A stretch of DNA of 64,000 nt from Tubiluchus corallicola (Eukaryota; Animalia; Priapulida). Under the pieces are notes generated by a model, which was given only the letters and a program-made list of their open reading frames with translations, did not search any database and was not told where the DNA came from. The stretch lies in contig JAQGDQ010002371.1 in the NCBI GenBank assembly GCA_030141605.1, positions 248,001 to 312,000 on the forward strand. The letters run 5' to 3'. Below are positions 1 through 13,200 of this stretch, piece after piece. The position numbers and the translations under genes were made by a program. Position 1 is the stretch's first letter, and every line of letters starts with the position of its first letter.

Positions 1-586
1 ATATGACTTGCCACTGTGTCAACGAAATTCTAAGAAAATTTTAAAGTGAGATAAACTATTCAATCTCCGAGAAAAACCTTAGGCTGTAAGCTAGATGATG
101 ACGTAAAAGTTTCACGCTGGCACGTACGGATACCCATAAAATTATTTTGTGATAAGCAAAGCTCTTTTCACCATTATCACAGTTATATTCACTTCAATGG
201 AATAGAATGTTCACCCTGTAAAATTATCTGCAAGTCAGAGTTTCAGTGTGACAAAAAAGCTACTACAAAAAGGGTCCTAATAGTTACATGATTAAATTTT
301 AATCTAATAAATTTAGGGGTGAGTGAGTGAATGAGTGAGTGAGTGAGTGAGCGAGCGAGCAAATGAGTGTGATATAAACTTTACCCAAAGTTTGCCGTTG
401 CAGAATGCACTAAAACCTGACCTATCAGATGTTGACCCTCAACACTCAACCTACTTGACCCTCAATACTCAACCTACTAGAGACTGTGATGGCGGGGAAT
501 CTGCCTTGTAACAAACCTGATCAGTTTTCGTGCTACCTTGTAATACATTTGATAGAAAGTATTAAAATTATCAAGTGGATAAAGGA

Positions 587-1230
587 TTACCGGCACAAGG
601 ATTCTGATCGACGACCAACTTGTAGTTTCTGCATTTCCATCAGCTCTTTCCTGACCAGTTCTTTTTGGGCCTGTGGGATACGATATGGTCTCTGTCTGAC
701 TGGTGTAGGATCTGAGAGGATTATCTCGTGCTCAACTACTGATGTCCTTCCGGGAAGGTCAGTAAAAGTTTCAGAGAAATCTCGGAGGACTTTCATCAGC
801 TCTTCCTTCTGCTCTTCAGTAAGTTCAGCAGGTAAAGTTATATCAGCTACACTTTGGGTGGCACTTGCTGTAGGTGGGAAAGCATAATCTGGCAATTTAC
901 ACAAACGTTCACTGTCTGGCTCCTGATTATTTGAATCGTCCTCAACCCAATCATTATCAATATTGCTGGCAGGTGGCACAAGTCTGCTCTCCTCACATCT
1001 GGCAAATAAAGCTGTTCCCATCACGATCCACAAAGGGCTTGAGCAGATTAATGTGATACGTTTTAACATTTGCCCGTTTTCCTTTACCACCAATGTTGAT
1101 TTTATATGTGAGGTCTGACACCTTGTCAGTTACTACGTATGGGCCGCGATAGTGTCTCTGCATTTTTCCTTTCCCTTCAGGCATAAGAATTAGTACTTTC
1201 TGGCCAATCTCCAGTACTCGATCAGTTTGG
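587..1230 (-). mobile_element. Degenerate Ty3/Gypsy (Gmr1-like) pol fragment: integrase C-terminus followed by RT N-terminus
   Basis: The minus strand reads RVLEIGQKVLILMPEGKGKMQRHYRGPYVVTDKVSDLTYKI...YHINLLKPF (GPY/F integrase C-terminal region). After a frameshift near 990-1020 it reads LTEEQKEELMKVLRDFSETFTDLPGRTSVVEHEIILSDPTPVRQRPYRIPQAQKELVRKELMEM (start of RT). It is truncated before the RT catalytic motifs. Confidence 0.85.
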
Positions 1231-1290
1231 CTTGGCTCAGAGATTCATGGGCATCTTCCGTTGCATCCTGGAGTGCATTAATAATTCTTA

Positions 1291-2024
1291 CTAGCACAGG
1301 CCCCGCAAAAGATGTTGTGTATAATCAATAATACGCGAACATTCTACCTAGTCCTCATTTATAACACAAAGCCCATAACATCCTGCCTACTGTATGTCTG
1401 TTTATCTAACGCAAAGCAGCTTTTTGCTGAATTAAAGCTGTAAGCAGAGTACAATGGATGACGTCACTACAATGGCATGCGTCAGCAGTTTTCTAAGCGA
1501 AAATTGTCGAAAATAGAACATCTAATTAACTTGCCAGTACTCCTCTCGGTGGACCTGACCTAAAATATAACCCACATCATCGTGTAGCCCTGTCCTTCCT
1601 CTTTGTAAAGAGCTGTATATCTCCTTCCGAGAGTCCCACCAGGCGACGCTAGAACGTTTTTTCCGTATGCTGTTTGGTCAAAATTTCGGAAAAATCGAGT
1701 TGGGTCCGGGAAAACGCCCGTTGCGGGGCGCGGTGGTCCTCTCGGGAATTCTAAATATGCCTACTACACCCACCGCTGAACGGGCTATCTATCCATACCC
1801 AGCACCACCCTCGGCCCATTCCAGTTCTTCAGAAATAAGAGGTATAAGTTTTGCAAAAAACGACCGAAAAATGGTCATTTTTGGAGGTTTTCCGCCCCCC
1901 CCTCCCGGTGAGCCCGATTCGAAAAAAAATAAACCATCAATGGCACAACACTAGATCGAGACCTTTCGTTTGATATATAGATCGCCGCAAATGGTGCCGT
2001 CGTCGAAGCTGTAGCCTCGAATCT

Positions 2025-2056
<32 letters not shown>

Positions 2057-2882
2057 TATTAAGCCCATACCAAGAATATTAATATAAGAGACTAGCAAAG
2101 GCCCCGCAAAAGATTTTGCGTAAAAAACCACGTATAATCAATAACACGCGAACATCCTACACAGTCCTCATGTATAACGCAAAGCCCGTAACATCCTGCC
2201 TACTTACCTAACGCAAAGCCAGCAGCGTTTACTCCTGCCTACTGTATGCTGCAAAGCAGCTTTTTGCTGAATTAAAGTTATAGACAGAGTACAATGGATG
2301 ACGTCAGAACAATGGAATGCGGTCAGCAGTTTTCTAAGCGAAAATTGTCGAAATTTGCGGAAAATAGAACATGTAATTAACTCATTGATACTCCTCTCGG
2401 TGGACCTGCCCTAAAATATAACCTACATCATCGTGTAGCCCTGTCCTTCCTCTTTGTAAAGAGCTATATATCTCCTTCCGAGAGTCCCACCGGGCGACGC
2501 TAGAACGTTTTTCCCGCATGCTGTTTGGTCAAAATTTCGAAAAAATCGCGAGTTGGGTCCGGGAAAACGCCCGTTGCGGGGCGCGGTGGTCCTCTCGGGA
2601 ATTCTAAATATGCCTACTACACCCACCGCTGAACGGGCTATCTATCCATACCCAGCACCACCCTCGGCCCATTCCAGTTCTTCAGAAATAAGAGGTATAA
2701 GTTTTGCAAAAAACGGCCGAAAAATGGCCATTTTTGGAGGTTTTTCGCCCCCCCCCCTTCCTCCCGGTGGGCCCGATTCGAAAAAAATAAACCATCAATG
2801 GCACAACACTAGATCGAGACCTTTCGTTTGATGTATAGATCGCCGCAAATGGTGCCGTCGTCGAAGCTGTAGCCTCGAATCT

Positions 2883-2914
<32 letters not shown>

Positions 2915-5200
2915 TATTAAGCCCATACCAAGAATATTAATATAAGAGACTAGCAAAGGCCCCGCAAAAGATTTTGCGTAAAAAACCACGTATAATCAAT
3001 AACACGCGAACATCCTACACAGTCCTCATGTATAACGCAAAGCCCGTAACATCCTGCCTACTTACCTAACGCAAAGCCAGCAGCGTTTACTCCTGCCTAC
3101 TGTATGTTGCAAAGCAGCTTTTTGCTGAATTAAAGTTATAGACACAGTGGATGACGTCAGCACAATGGAATGCGTCTGCCTTTGCGTCAGCAATTTTCTA
3201 AGCGAAAATCGCCGAAAATGGAACCTCTAACTAACTCGTTGATACTCCTCTCGGTGGACCTGCCCTAAAATATAACCTACATCATCGTGTAGCCCTGTCC
3301 TTCCTCTTTGTAAAGAGCTATATATCTCCTTCCGAGAGTCCCACCGGGCGACGCTAGAACGTTTTTCCCGCAGGCTGTTTGGTCAAAATTTCGAAAAAAT
3401 CGCGAGTTGGGTCCGGGAAAACGCCCGTTGCGGGGCGCCGTGGCCCTCTCGGGAATTCTAAATATGCCTACTACACCCACCGCTGAACGGGCTATCTATC
3501 CATACCCAGCACCACCCTCGATCCGTTCCCGTTCTTCAGAAATAAGAGGTATAAGTTTTGCAAAAAACGGCCGAAAAATGGCCATTTTTGGAGGTTTTTC
3601 GCCCCCCCTTCCTCGCGGTGGGCCCGATTCGAAAAATAAACCATCAATGGCACAACACTAGATCGAGACCTTTCGTTTGATGTATAGATCGCCGCAAATG
3701 GTGCCGTCGTCAAAGCTGTAGCCTCGAATCTTATATATATATATATATATATAAATAAATATATTAAGCCTATACCAAGAATATTAATATAAGAGACTAG
3801 CAAAGGCCCCGCAAAAAATTTTGCGTATAAATTTACACGTATAATCAAAAATACACAAACATCCTACCTACTGTTTGTCTGTTTATCTAATGCAAAGCCG
3901 CTTTTACTGAATTAAAGTTATAAGATTATAGACAGAGTACAATGGATGACGTCACAACAATGGCATTGCGTCAGCAGTTTTCTAAGCGAAAATTGCCGAA
4001 AATAGAACATCTAATTAACTCGTCGGTACTCCTCTCAGTGGACCTGCCCCAAAATATAGCCCACATCATCGTGTAGCCCCGTTCTTCCTCTTTCTGATGA
4101 GCCATATATTTCCTTCCGAGAGTCCCACCAGGCGTCGCTAGAACGTTTTTTCCGCAGGCTGTTTGGTCAAAATTTCGAAAAAAATTTGCAAAAAACGGCC
4201 AAAAATGGCCATTTTTGGGCTTTTTTCGCCCCCCCTTCCTTCCGGTGGGCCCAATTCGAAAAATAAACCATCAATGGCATGACACTAGATCGGGACCTTT
4301 CGTTTGATGTATAGATCGCCGCAAATGGTGCCCTTGTCGAAGCTGTAGCCTGGAATCTTATATCTAAATATGTATATTAAGATACCAAGAATATTAATAT
4401 ACTAGCAAAGGCCCCGCAAAAGATTTTGCGTATAAATACACATGTGATCAATAATACACGAACATCCTACACAGTCCTCATTTATAACACAAAGCCCGTA
4501 ACATCCTGCCTACTTACCTAACGCAAAGCCAGCAGGTAGCTTTTACTGAATTAAAGTTATAGACAGAGTACAGCAGGCAGCTACTGTATGTCTGTTTATC
4601 TAACCCAAAGCAGCTTTTTGCTGAATTAAAGCTATAAGCAATAATGGATGACGTCAGAACAATGGAATGCGGTCAGCAGTTTTCTAAGCGAAAATTGTCG
4701 AAATTTGCGGAAAATAGAACATGTAATTAACTCGTTGATACTCCTCTCGGTGGACCTGCCCTAAAATATAACCTACATCATCGTGTAGCCCTGTCCTTCC
4801 TCTTTGTAAAGAGCTATATATCTCCTTCCGAGAGTCCCACCGGGCGACGCTAGAACGTTTTTCCCGCATGCTGTTTGGTTAAAATTTCGAAAAAATCGCG
4901 AGTTGGGTCCGGGAAAACGCCCGTTGCGGGGCGCCCTGGCCCTCTCGCGAATTCTAAATATGCCTACTACACCCAACGCTGAACGGGCTATCTATCCATA
5001 GCCAGCACCATCCTCGGCTCGTTTCCGTTCTCCAGATCTCAGACGTATACGTTTTGCAAAAACGGTCGAAAATAGTCATTTTTGGAGGTTTTTCGCCCCC
5101 CGTTCCTCGCGGTGGGCCGGATTCGAAAAATAAACCCCCAATGGCACGACACTAGATCGACACTATATATATAACATACCAAGAATATCAATATATGCGA
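1291..5200 (-). mobile_element. Head-to-tail tandem array of five non-autonomous Helitron-like units
   Basis: Units are 1291-2091, 2092-2949, 2950-3796, 3797-4401 and 4402-5200. On the minus strand each ends in CTAG, and units 2-5 have a CGCAAAA-nn-TTTTGCG hairpin about 10 bp upstream (degenerate in unit 1). Three internal junctions read CTAG|TC. The outer ends read A|TC (5201/5200) and CTAG|T (1291/1290), matching a Helitron AT target site. Confidence 0.85.
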
Positions 5201-6688
5201 TAACAACCTTACGACAGTTTTATGAATTCGAATTAACAGCGAAGTTGTGACAACTTGTGCCCAAAGACAGCTACTTAAGGATTACGACACTGTCTTAGAG
5301 GTGTTGTAAGACAATGCATTAAGTGTATAAATTTACGATGCGTACATGAATCTGGCCCCTGGAACGGATCTTCAACCACTTAGAAGGCACTTAGGCAAGA
5401 CTTATCTTTCTGAACAGCTCTACATTATGGAATACGTCACAGAGAATGCACAGTTTAGACAATAACACATTCTGTACCGTATCTGTCCATTTTCCATATT
5501 TGCAATCATAATTTTTTACCATTTATTGGACTACGTAGTCTTCTAAATGCTCATGAAAGACAAAACAGAAACAGACAACGTTGCTACTATTTACCACGAT
5601 CACATTGTAATATATGTATTTTAAGTCCTGTTCACCTTCCAGAAACAAATATGAAATAGTAGTTAAACCAACAGAATTTCTGAAATCTGTTAAAATTTTT
5701 ATTCCAATTTTTTTTCCAAAAATGATTTATATTTGTGATCTATGAGACTAATAAACAATCTTCTGAATTATGCTATTCATGTAAAATTCTCAAGTCTGTA
5801 AATACTATGCAGATTTATAAATTATTAGCTAAATGCATTATAAGATTTTTCCATTATCTAACATGATAACTGACGACAATGCAACATAGTTTGATTAGAA
5901 TTGACAAAAAAGTAAAATCATCAATGCATAATAGATGGTCCAGAAAAAGGACTTACATAGATTAACTGATTTTTATATAATACAACTCACTTTTAAAATC
6001 AAACAGATTTTTAAATTAAATTAAAATTTAACAGTTAACATACGTTACTTTTGCATAAAAACATGAAAATAGAAGATAATATTGCTTCAGATGTTTACAA
6101 ATAAAATTTGCCAAACGTAACAATTAAAACTACAAAGTTCTCAATAGAGGGACATAATTGCCCCTGTTAATCATAATTCTAGCAAATAATCACTTTTAAA
6201 CTTCTAACTCATCAAAACAGGTTCTGGTAGAGCTTTTTTTAGTGATAATTACTTGTGATCTTGTTACATTTCAGTTGAAAGACACAATCAAACGTCAAAA
6301 GCACTACCATCAGTTCAAAGTCCATTACAAAAATGTTGCCCATCTTGCACCATTTTCATGTTACAATGCATTTACAGGTAGTGATTATGAGTATAGCACT
6401 ATTTAACATAAATTCAAGGTAGAAATGACATAAAAAACTCAATATGAAGAGTGGATACATAGACAGTAATTTTTCGTATGCATAATGAGCAGAATTTTGA
6501 GCAGATTTGCTAATTTGACATTTTTGCTTTGCAGTAATTCATATTATGTAATAGTCAATTTTTCTGTACAGCTAGCAGATATCAAAAAAGAACAAATCTT
6601 TCTAACTCTAAAAACAATGAAGCTTTTTACATGTATGAGATGACACGTTCATATCCTGACGTTGAGGTTTTACTATCAATAATGGCTC

Positions 6689-7240
6689 CTATATATTTAC
6701 TGAGTTTTCTGATGTACAGTCACCACAAATCAGAAGCCTTTTTGCACTGAAGCAGCCCGATAATTTGTTACCTGATCATTTACACACAGGTAAATCAAAG
6801 ACTATCTTACTAGTAGAAGACTTATCCATATAATTAGACCATGTGCCATTCATTAGATCAAAAATACCTGCAAGAACAAACACATTCTAGAGCAGGATTC
6901 ACCAAAAGAACAAACACATATATGTACAGTTTTTTACGACAGCCTTCACCAAGTGATCTATATATTTACTGAATTTGCTGATGTACAGTCACCACAAATC
7001 AGAAGCCTTTTTGAGCTGAAGCAACCCAATAATTTGTTACCTGATCATTTACCCATGGGTAAATCAAAGACTACCACTGGTCCTTTACTGGAAGATGCCT
7101 TATCCATATAAATAGACCATTTACCATTCATTAGATCAAAAATACCTGCAAGAACAAACACATTCTACAGCAGGATTCACTAAATGAACAAACACATATA
7201 TGTACAGTTTTTAACGACAGCCGTCAGCAAGTGATCTATA
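6689..7240. repeat. Direct tandem duplication of about 270-280 bp containing the last coding exon of the tan-like gene
   Basis: About 6689-6957 and 6958-7240 are similar copies: both start ctatatatttactga... and end ...aagtgatcta. Each includes the splice acceptor, the exon, the stop codon and some 3' UTR. Confidence 0.92.
6776..6867 (-). CDS. Duplicate (candidate alternative) terminal exon of the tan-like gene
   Basis: Intact ttcttgcag acceptor in the same phase as exon 7045-7145. It encodes GIFDLMNGTWSNYMDKSSTSKIVFDLPVCK-stop, with a net in-frame 9-bp deletion relative to the proximal copy. Whether it is used is not demonstrated. Confidence 0.5.
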
Positions 7241-10200
7241 CGGACAGTTCCCAAAAAATGCCTCTGGCCATCCATGTGCCTGTAAACAGAACACAGATAG
7301 TCACCCATTTTTTTCGTGTGACACTACTATTACAAGAGAAAAATGGATTACCAGTATTATAACTGTTTGCACTTAAACTAGAAAAGAGTTTGATCTAAAC
7401 CAACAATGAAGACACTACACTGTACTTTATGTTTCCACTGTAAAAATCAGGCTGCAGAACTACGTTTCTCTGTTTTTAATACAGCACTCTGAAAGCCAAA
7501 ATCTAGTGTTAAATCCAAACACATTATCATTTCTCTAGGTTAGACACACAAGTGCCATAGTTTCAATGAGATAAATAGCCATGCGTAATATAGCAAATAA
7601 AGTACTAGAGAATACAACTAAGACTTTGAACATGATCAGTCAGATGACATTAAAAAAAGGCAATAATCTACAACCCATCTTCTGAACAAGGAGTTTTTTA
7701 ATTCTGTTCCTTTGTTGTTTAAACAATTTACATTATACATATCTTTAAGATTCATGAGCCCTTATGTAAACCATACTGAGAAAACTTGGTACATGCACAC
7801 AGTATGCAGGTATAGCAGATTAGGGAAAATGTCATTCGACTGCAGCAATGAAGTAATTGCTATTTTATATGATACCATACAAACTATATCATGGTGCTGA
7901 GTATGCTTCCTTATTTAATGCTGAGCTAGTACACTAAATTCGACTGTCGGATTGCATGCAATCATTCTACAGATTACCTGCTTTTTATGACATATTATCA
8001 TCATAATTATTTATATAAGGAAACTGTTTCTGGCATGTTAGCAAATCTAAAGTAATAGTAAGTGACAGAAGGTTGTGAAATGTCTCCATCGTATTGTCAA
8101 CTTGACACTTAACTTCAGAAAAACACTTTGCACGTGCACATTAAGATTCAACAAACGGTTTGAAAATCCCCGGAACAGCAAAAAGATACACAATTAAGAA
8201 ACAAACCAGTGCAGAGCGTCACAGACTTCATCGGATGGTGACGTTGATGGCGAAAAATTGGGTAGTCCAGATGCGAGGTATCACTAAGCATAGCTTTAAT
8301 GTCATCAACAGATGTCACCCCAGGAAGCTCTTCGATTTTTGCAGCTCTCATTTTAGATGACTGCTGCTTACCCTTTTCTACAAGTCGTATTCGTCTATAC
8401 CTTTAAAACAACTTCCATTTTAGATTTCAAAGAATTATTAAGAAGTACGAAAAATTAATAAGTTAAAAGATAAAACAGCAAACTGTAACGTGCTGTTGAT
8501 TGACATATAGCATTGCAGAGGGATGTTAGTACAGAATGTCAGCAACATAGATATATGCACCAAAGTTACACTACTTAATTACACACTGTAATGTGCGGAC
8601 AGCACATTTAGGCATGGCCATTTGGGCATTGGAAAAATTAGGTGCCAGACACTTGGGCACTGACTTGTTTAGACATTTTTGTACCATTGCAGGTACACTT
8701 AATTGTGCGGTTAGATCCAATAAAACTCGACCATGCAAGGATACCGTAACATCATTTCTGTGTTGCACTACAAATCACATTGCCTAGCAGCCTAGACTTG
8801 TGTGGGAATCCTTGTCCTTTGCCTAACTGGTGATTGCCGATTGAACCCATTAACTGATGGGTATAGTATTACTGCTGTCATCAGCTTACTATGCACTGCA
8901 AAGGCTTTTAACTAATTTTAGAAAAGAAGTTATGCCTAAATTACTTTGTGCAGTTAAAAATTAGAAAAAAATATTTTAAAATATTAATTTATATAAGTGA
9001 ATTAACAATAAATTAAAAAGTATAGTTTTCTAAATCGTACTGCTCTAAAATTTTCAAATTCTCCTTAACTGTTAGATCTTTATGTTTATGCTCCATTTTT
9101 CAAATTTTTAACTCTATTCCTTTGTTTGCTGCATGCTTACTCTTGTAAGTCACAAGGAATACTGGCTGATTACTGTACCTGCATCTATGATTATCAAAAG
9201 GAAACTGCTAGGCAAGTGATTAAATGTTTAGCTTCCAGAAATTCTTTGGGTAATGAGGTTAAGTGCAGTGGATGAGCAGGTAACAGATTCAAAGCCAAAT
9301 CTCTACGCCAGCGTATTAGCGCATAATAAACATACCTGTTTACAAACAAAACGGTACTTAACAGGATTTGTTTACACATATATAATAGACAAAAGGGAAG
9401 TCAAGATGACATAAAAGTAGGAAAGGCTGTTTGGGCACAAACAAATATCTTATTTTAAGTAAGTGAAGGAAAAATAATTGAGTTAATTAAGCGAAGTTAT
9501 TTGAGTCAATTACCAATAGTTCTTATGTATGTTTGAACAGAAGTGGCCCATTCCAGGCGTTTTTGAGCCAATTAAGTGATTGAGTCTATTAACCATGAGT
9601 CTATTAAGTGGTGACTACTATATATATGTATAAGATTCGCGGCAGCTACAGCTCCAACAATGGCACCATTTGTGATGATCTATATATCAAACGAAGGTCT
9701 CAATCTAGAATCATCTCAGTGGGGTTTATTTTTCGAATCATGCCCACCGTGACAAACAGGGAACAAAAAACTTCGAAAATGGTCCTTTTATGCCTGTTTT
9801 TTGCTAAACTTATACCTCTCATTTCTGGAGAACGAGAATGGACCGGGACTGGTGCAGGTAATAGTTTATAGCCAGTTCAATGGTGGGTGTAGTAGGTGTA
9901 TTTAGAATTCGCGGGAAGGCCATGGCGCCAAGCGATGGGCATTTTCCCGGACCCAACCATGCAAATTTTGCAGAAAGCTGCTTAAACAGCCTCTGGAAAA
10001 ATTCAATTGGTGCAACTGTCTGAGTATGTTGAAAAAAATAAGTACACTTGCAGAAAGAGGACGAAACAGTCTACAAAATGTTGAAGGTTTCACCAGGAGA
10101 AATGTCCAATAGATGAAATGGGAAGTGTGTATTTATTTCAAGGTCCTTTTTAACCCCCCCCCTTACTGCATGCTATTTGGAACACCCATTGTCTTTGAGT

Positions 10201-13200
10201 CAGAAATTTCGAGGCTGTTCTGGGCAGTGTTCTCACCCGCCATTCTACTGTGTCATATTATAAGTAAGTTCTGTTAGCCTAATATTGCATGAGATGCAGT
10301 TAGCAAAACTATGTGAAATGACTGCATATTATTGATCATTTGCTATAGGCACACAGTTTCAACTTTATACAAAATGTTTTGCATGGTTTCACCATGATGC
10401 TCTGCTGTTGGTGTTGGTGTTGTAGCTGTCGTCATCGTTGGTGTCATCATAGTCGTCATCAACATCATGAACACCATGTGATGTGGTGGATTTGGTGGTG
10501 TGTGTGATGAGTGTGCCGCGGATGGTGTGGCGGGGTGGTAGGATGTGTGTGGTGTTGATAGAGTGGTGTAGTGGGTGTAGTGTAGTCTTGTCTGAGTGAC
10601 ATGGTGTGGTGTAGTATTGAAGTGGGTGGTGTGTTGTGACTGGTATGGTGGGTTGGTGTGGTGTGGATGGAATGATTTGGGTGGCACGGTGTAGAGCGGT
10701 GTGGTGTGGGTAGTGTTGGTGTAGTGTGTTGTGAGTGGTATGGTGGGTGGTGTGGTGCAGGTGGTGTGCTATGAGTGGTGTGGCGTATTGGTGTGGTGTG
10801 AGTTGTTGTGTGCAAAATTCTTTTTGCGGGGTTTGGGTAGTCATGTAATTAAAACTGGAAATATCTACAACATGATGCAGTTAGCATAAAAACACAGCAG
10901 CTGAGGACATGTATAATCATACATGTTGCAAAAGATATAGCAAAAGCACTTACAATAATCATTGATCTTGATATCGATAACAATGCGTCATTTAATTGGC
11001 TCACAAACTGATCTAACTGGTTGTTTTTAAGTTGGCAGCTAGTATAAGCAACTAATGAACTAACAGCATATTATTAAAGCACAGCACTCAATGAATGAAG
11101 ATGTTCTGTTGTTATAATACCATTAAATTACTGCACCAGCTGAGTGATATTAAATTCTTGTAAAAGAATTTTTATGTGAAGCACATTTTAGTTTTTTATT
11201 GTTTTGCGATGCACTTGATATTTGTAATATAAAATGTTGTCACACACTAATAAAATGCCATGTAAACTTGCGGTGTCTTCTACTTCGTTCATTTTAAAAG
11301 CTACTACACATAATGCTGAATTACAGTGCACAGTTAAGTAAGTGATTTAAATTGTTACATCCCATATTATTGCAAATGTTTAATTAAGTGAAGCAATGAT
11401 TTTAAAAGTATTGTAAAAGTTAATAAAATAGTGAACTAATGAAAACCTAATTGACAGAAATAAACAATTGAGCATAATATTAAATTTTATTGTTGCCTAG
11501 ATGTTATATGCCGAAAAACTAACACCTCCCCCCCCCCCCAAATACCACATACTCTATTATACGCATCTTGCAGCAATATGGGGAATCACTAATACTGTTT
11601 TATGGGCTCCAAATTCAGAAACTTCATGGCACAGAAAAAGATGGAATTATGTGCATGAGCCTAAATTTAGAAGACTGATTAAGTTCATTACGTATTGCAG
11701 TGGTATCTAGTCGCACTGTGTGGTTGTTCTTCTATCACTTGAATATCAATCCTTGAATTCTTGTCACCTTCAGGGGGATAAGCAACTTCATAATTGATGA
11801 TTTTCTTATTTGCACAATCTGCCAAATTCACGCTGCAAATAAGTACCACAAAAAGAGTTGTTACATGGTTTAACAATGCTTGTCTAAATAAGAAAAGTTT
11901 TCAACCCAAAAAGGCATATCACCATTTGCAAACTCAATACAGTGAATAATAATGTGAATTTAGTACAAGTAGTAGTAGCAGCAGCAGCAGGAGCAGTAGC
12001 AGTAGTTATTAATTGTAACAATGAATCATTATAAGCAGAATGATTTTACAGTCCAGTACAATAAGATAAACAAATACAATTGACCAAGCAAACACTACTA
12101 CATAAACGGAGAAGAGAAACTAAACTTGTGTGTATATTAGTTTTCCAACAACATAAAGCAACATCTAATAGTCATTGTTACAAGCTTTAGACTACAAATA
12201 AATAAATTTGTCAAATCTCATTCAGGATAATCCTGGCACACATTCTCTGTATCAATACATTCACAAATGAAATTATATTATATTTGCACTAAACACTCCA
12301 GCAAATATTATACACATGCTACATGCACACTATGTAAACTATGTTAAGTAATGTTACAATCTCACATAAAAATCTCAAAGCTGTAGCATCCTGCATGATT
12401 AATCAGGAAAATAGGAACAGTTGTTAAATCAATGACAAAACTGAACTCATTTGTTACATTGGTGAAATAATTACTTGCAAAGCAAGGAAAACAATTTAAA
12501 GGTTTACTAAGCTACAGGCCTACTTTTTATACTCCTTATATTGACGTTTCTATCTTGTTCAGTAAAGTAGTGTAGTATGCAGATCCTGTATGCTGTTAGT
12601 AGTAGCATTAGAGTTTGCATGGAATGAAATACACAGACAAAATGCAAATGTACGAAACTTTAGTACAGCTGGAGTAATTTACCTCACAGTTCACGCTATT
12701 AAAAAACTGAACAAAAGGTTTGAATATATTCAGTTTGAAACTGAATAAAAGGTTTTCCAACTTTAATAAAAGTTTATTTATCTAGCTTTTGTGTTTTTAC
12801 TGTTAAGCAATAAAGTAAAGTAAAAAAGTACTAACTTGCAATAGTTTTACAAGGAATGACAAAAAGACACCCAAAAGTATTGGCTAGGAAAGTCCATGGA
12901 AACACAATAATTTTTTTTCATTTTCTTGGCATGTATTTGTCTATTTACATATACTGAATAATGACATTGTAAAACATGTATTAATTATCAATCATGTTAA
13001 ACCTTTTATTAAACCACTTTGACTAGTCCTGCAACAATTCTTTCTATATTTACCCATTTGTATTTGTCATTTATAAGTTTTGAAGAAACTTACTGCAATT
13101 CAAAATAAACTTGACATGTTCTAATCTCAGTCTAATCTCAGTCTGCTTTATGTCATTCTTGTATGCTTACTTGCGGTCCAATAACACAGAATCAAGAAAA

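Noticed and set aside
1291-5200. Repeated short ORFs (e.g. MGPGKRPLRGAVVLSG..., MGVVGIFRIPER...) and a possible CRISPR-like or gene array
   Set aside because: The ORFs recur only because the 0.6-0.86 kb unit repeats. Their frames are broken by indels between units, and there is no short-repeat/unique-spacer structure.
10343-10844. His/Thr/Pro-rich ORFs (also 21953-22967)
   Set aside because: They are open in several frames because the CACCA low-complexity tract lacks stop codons. There is no splice or homology support.
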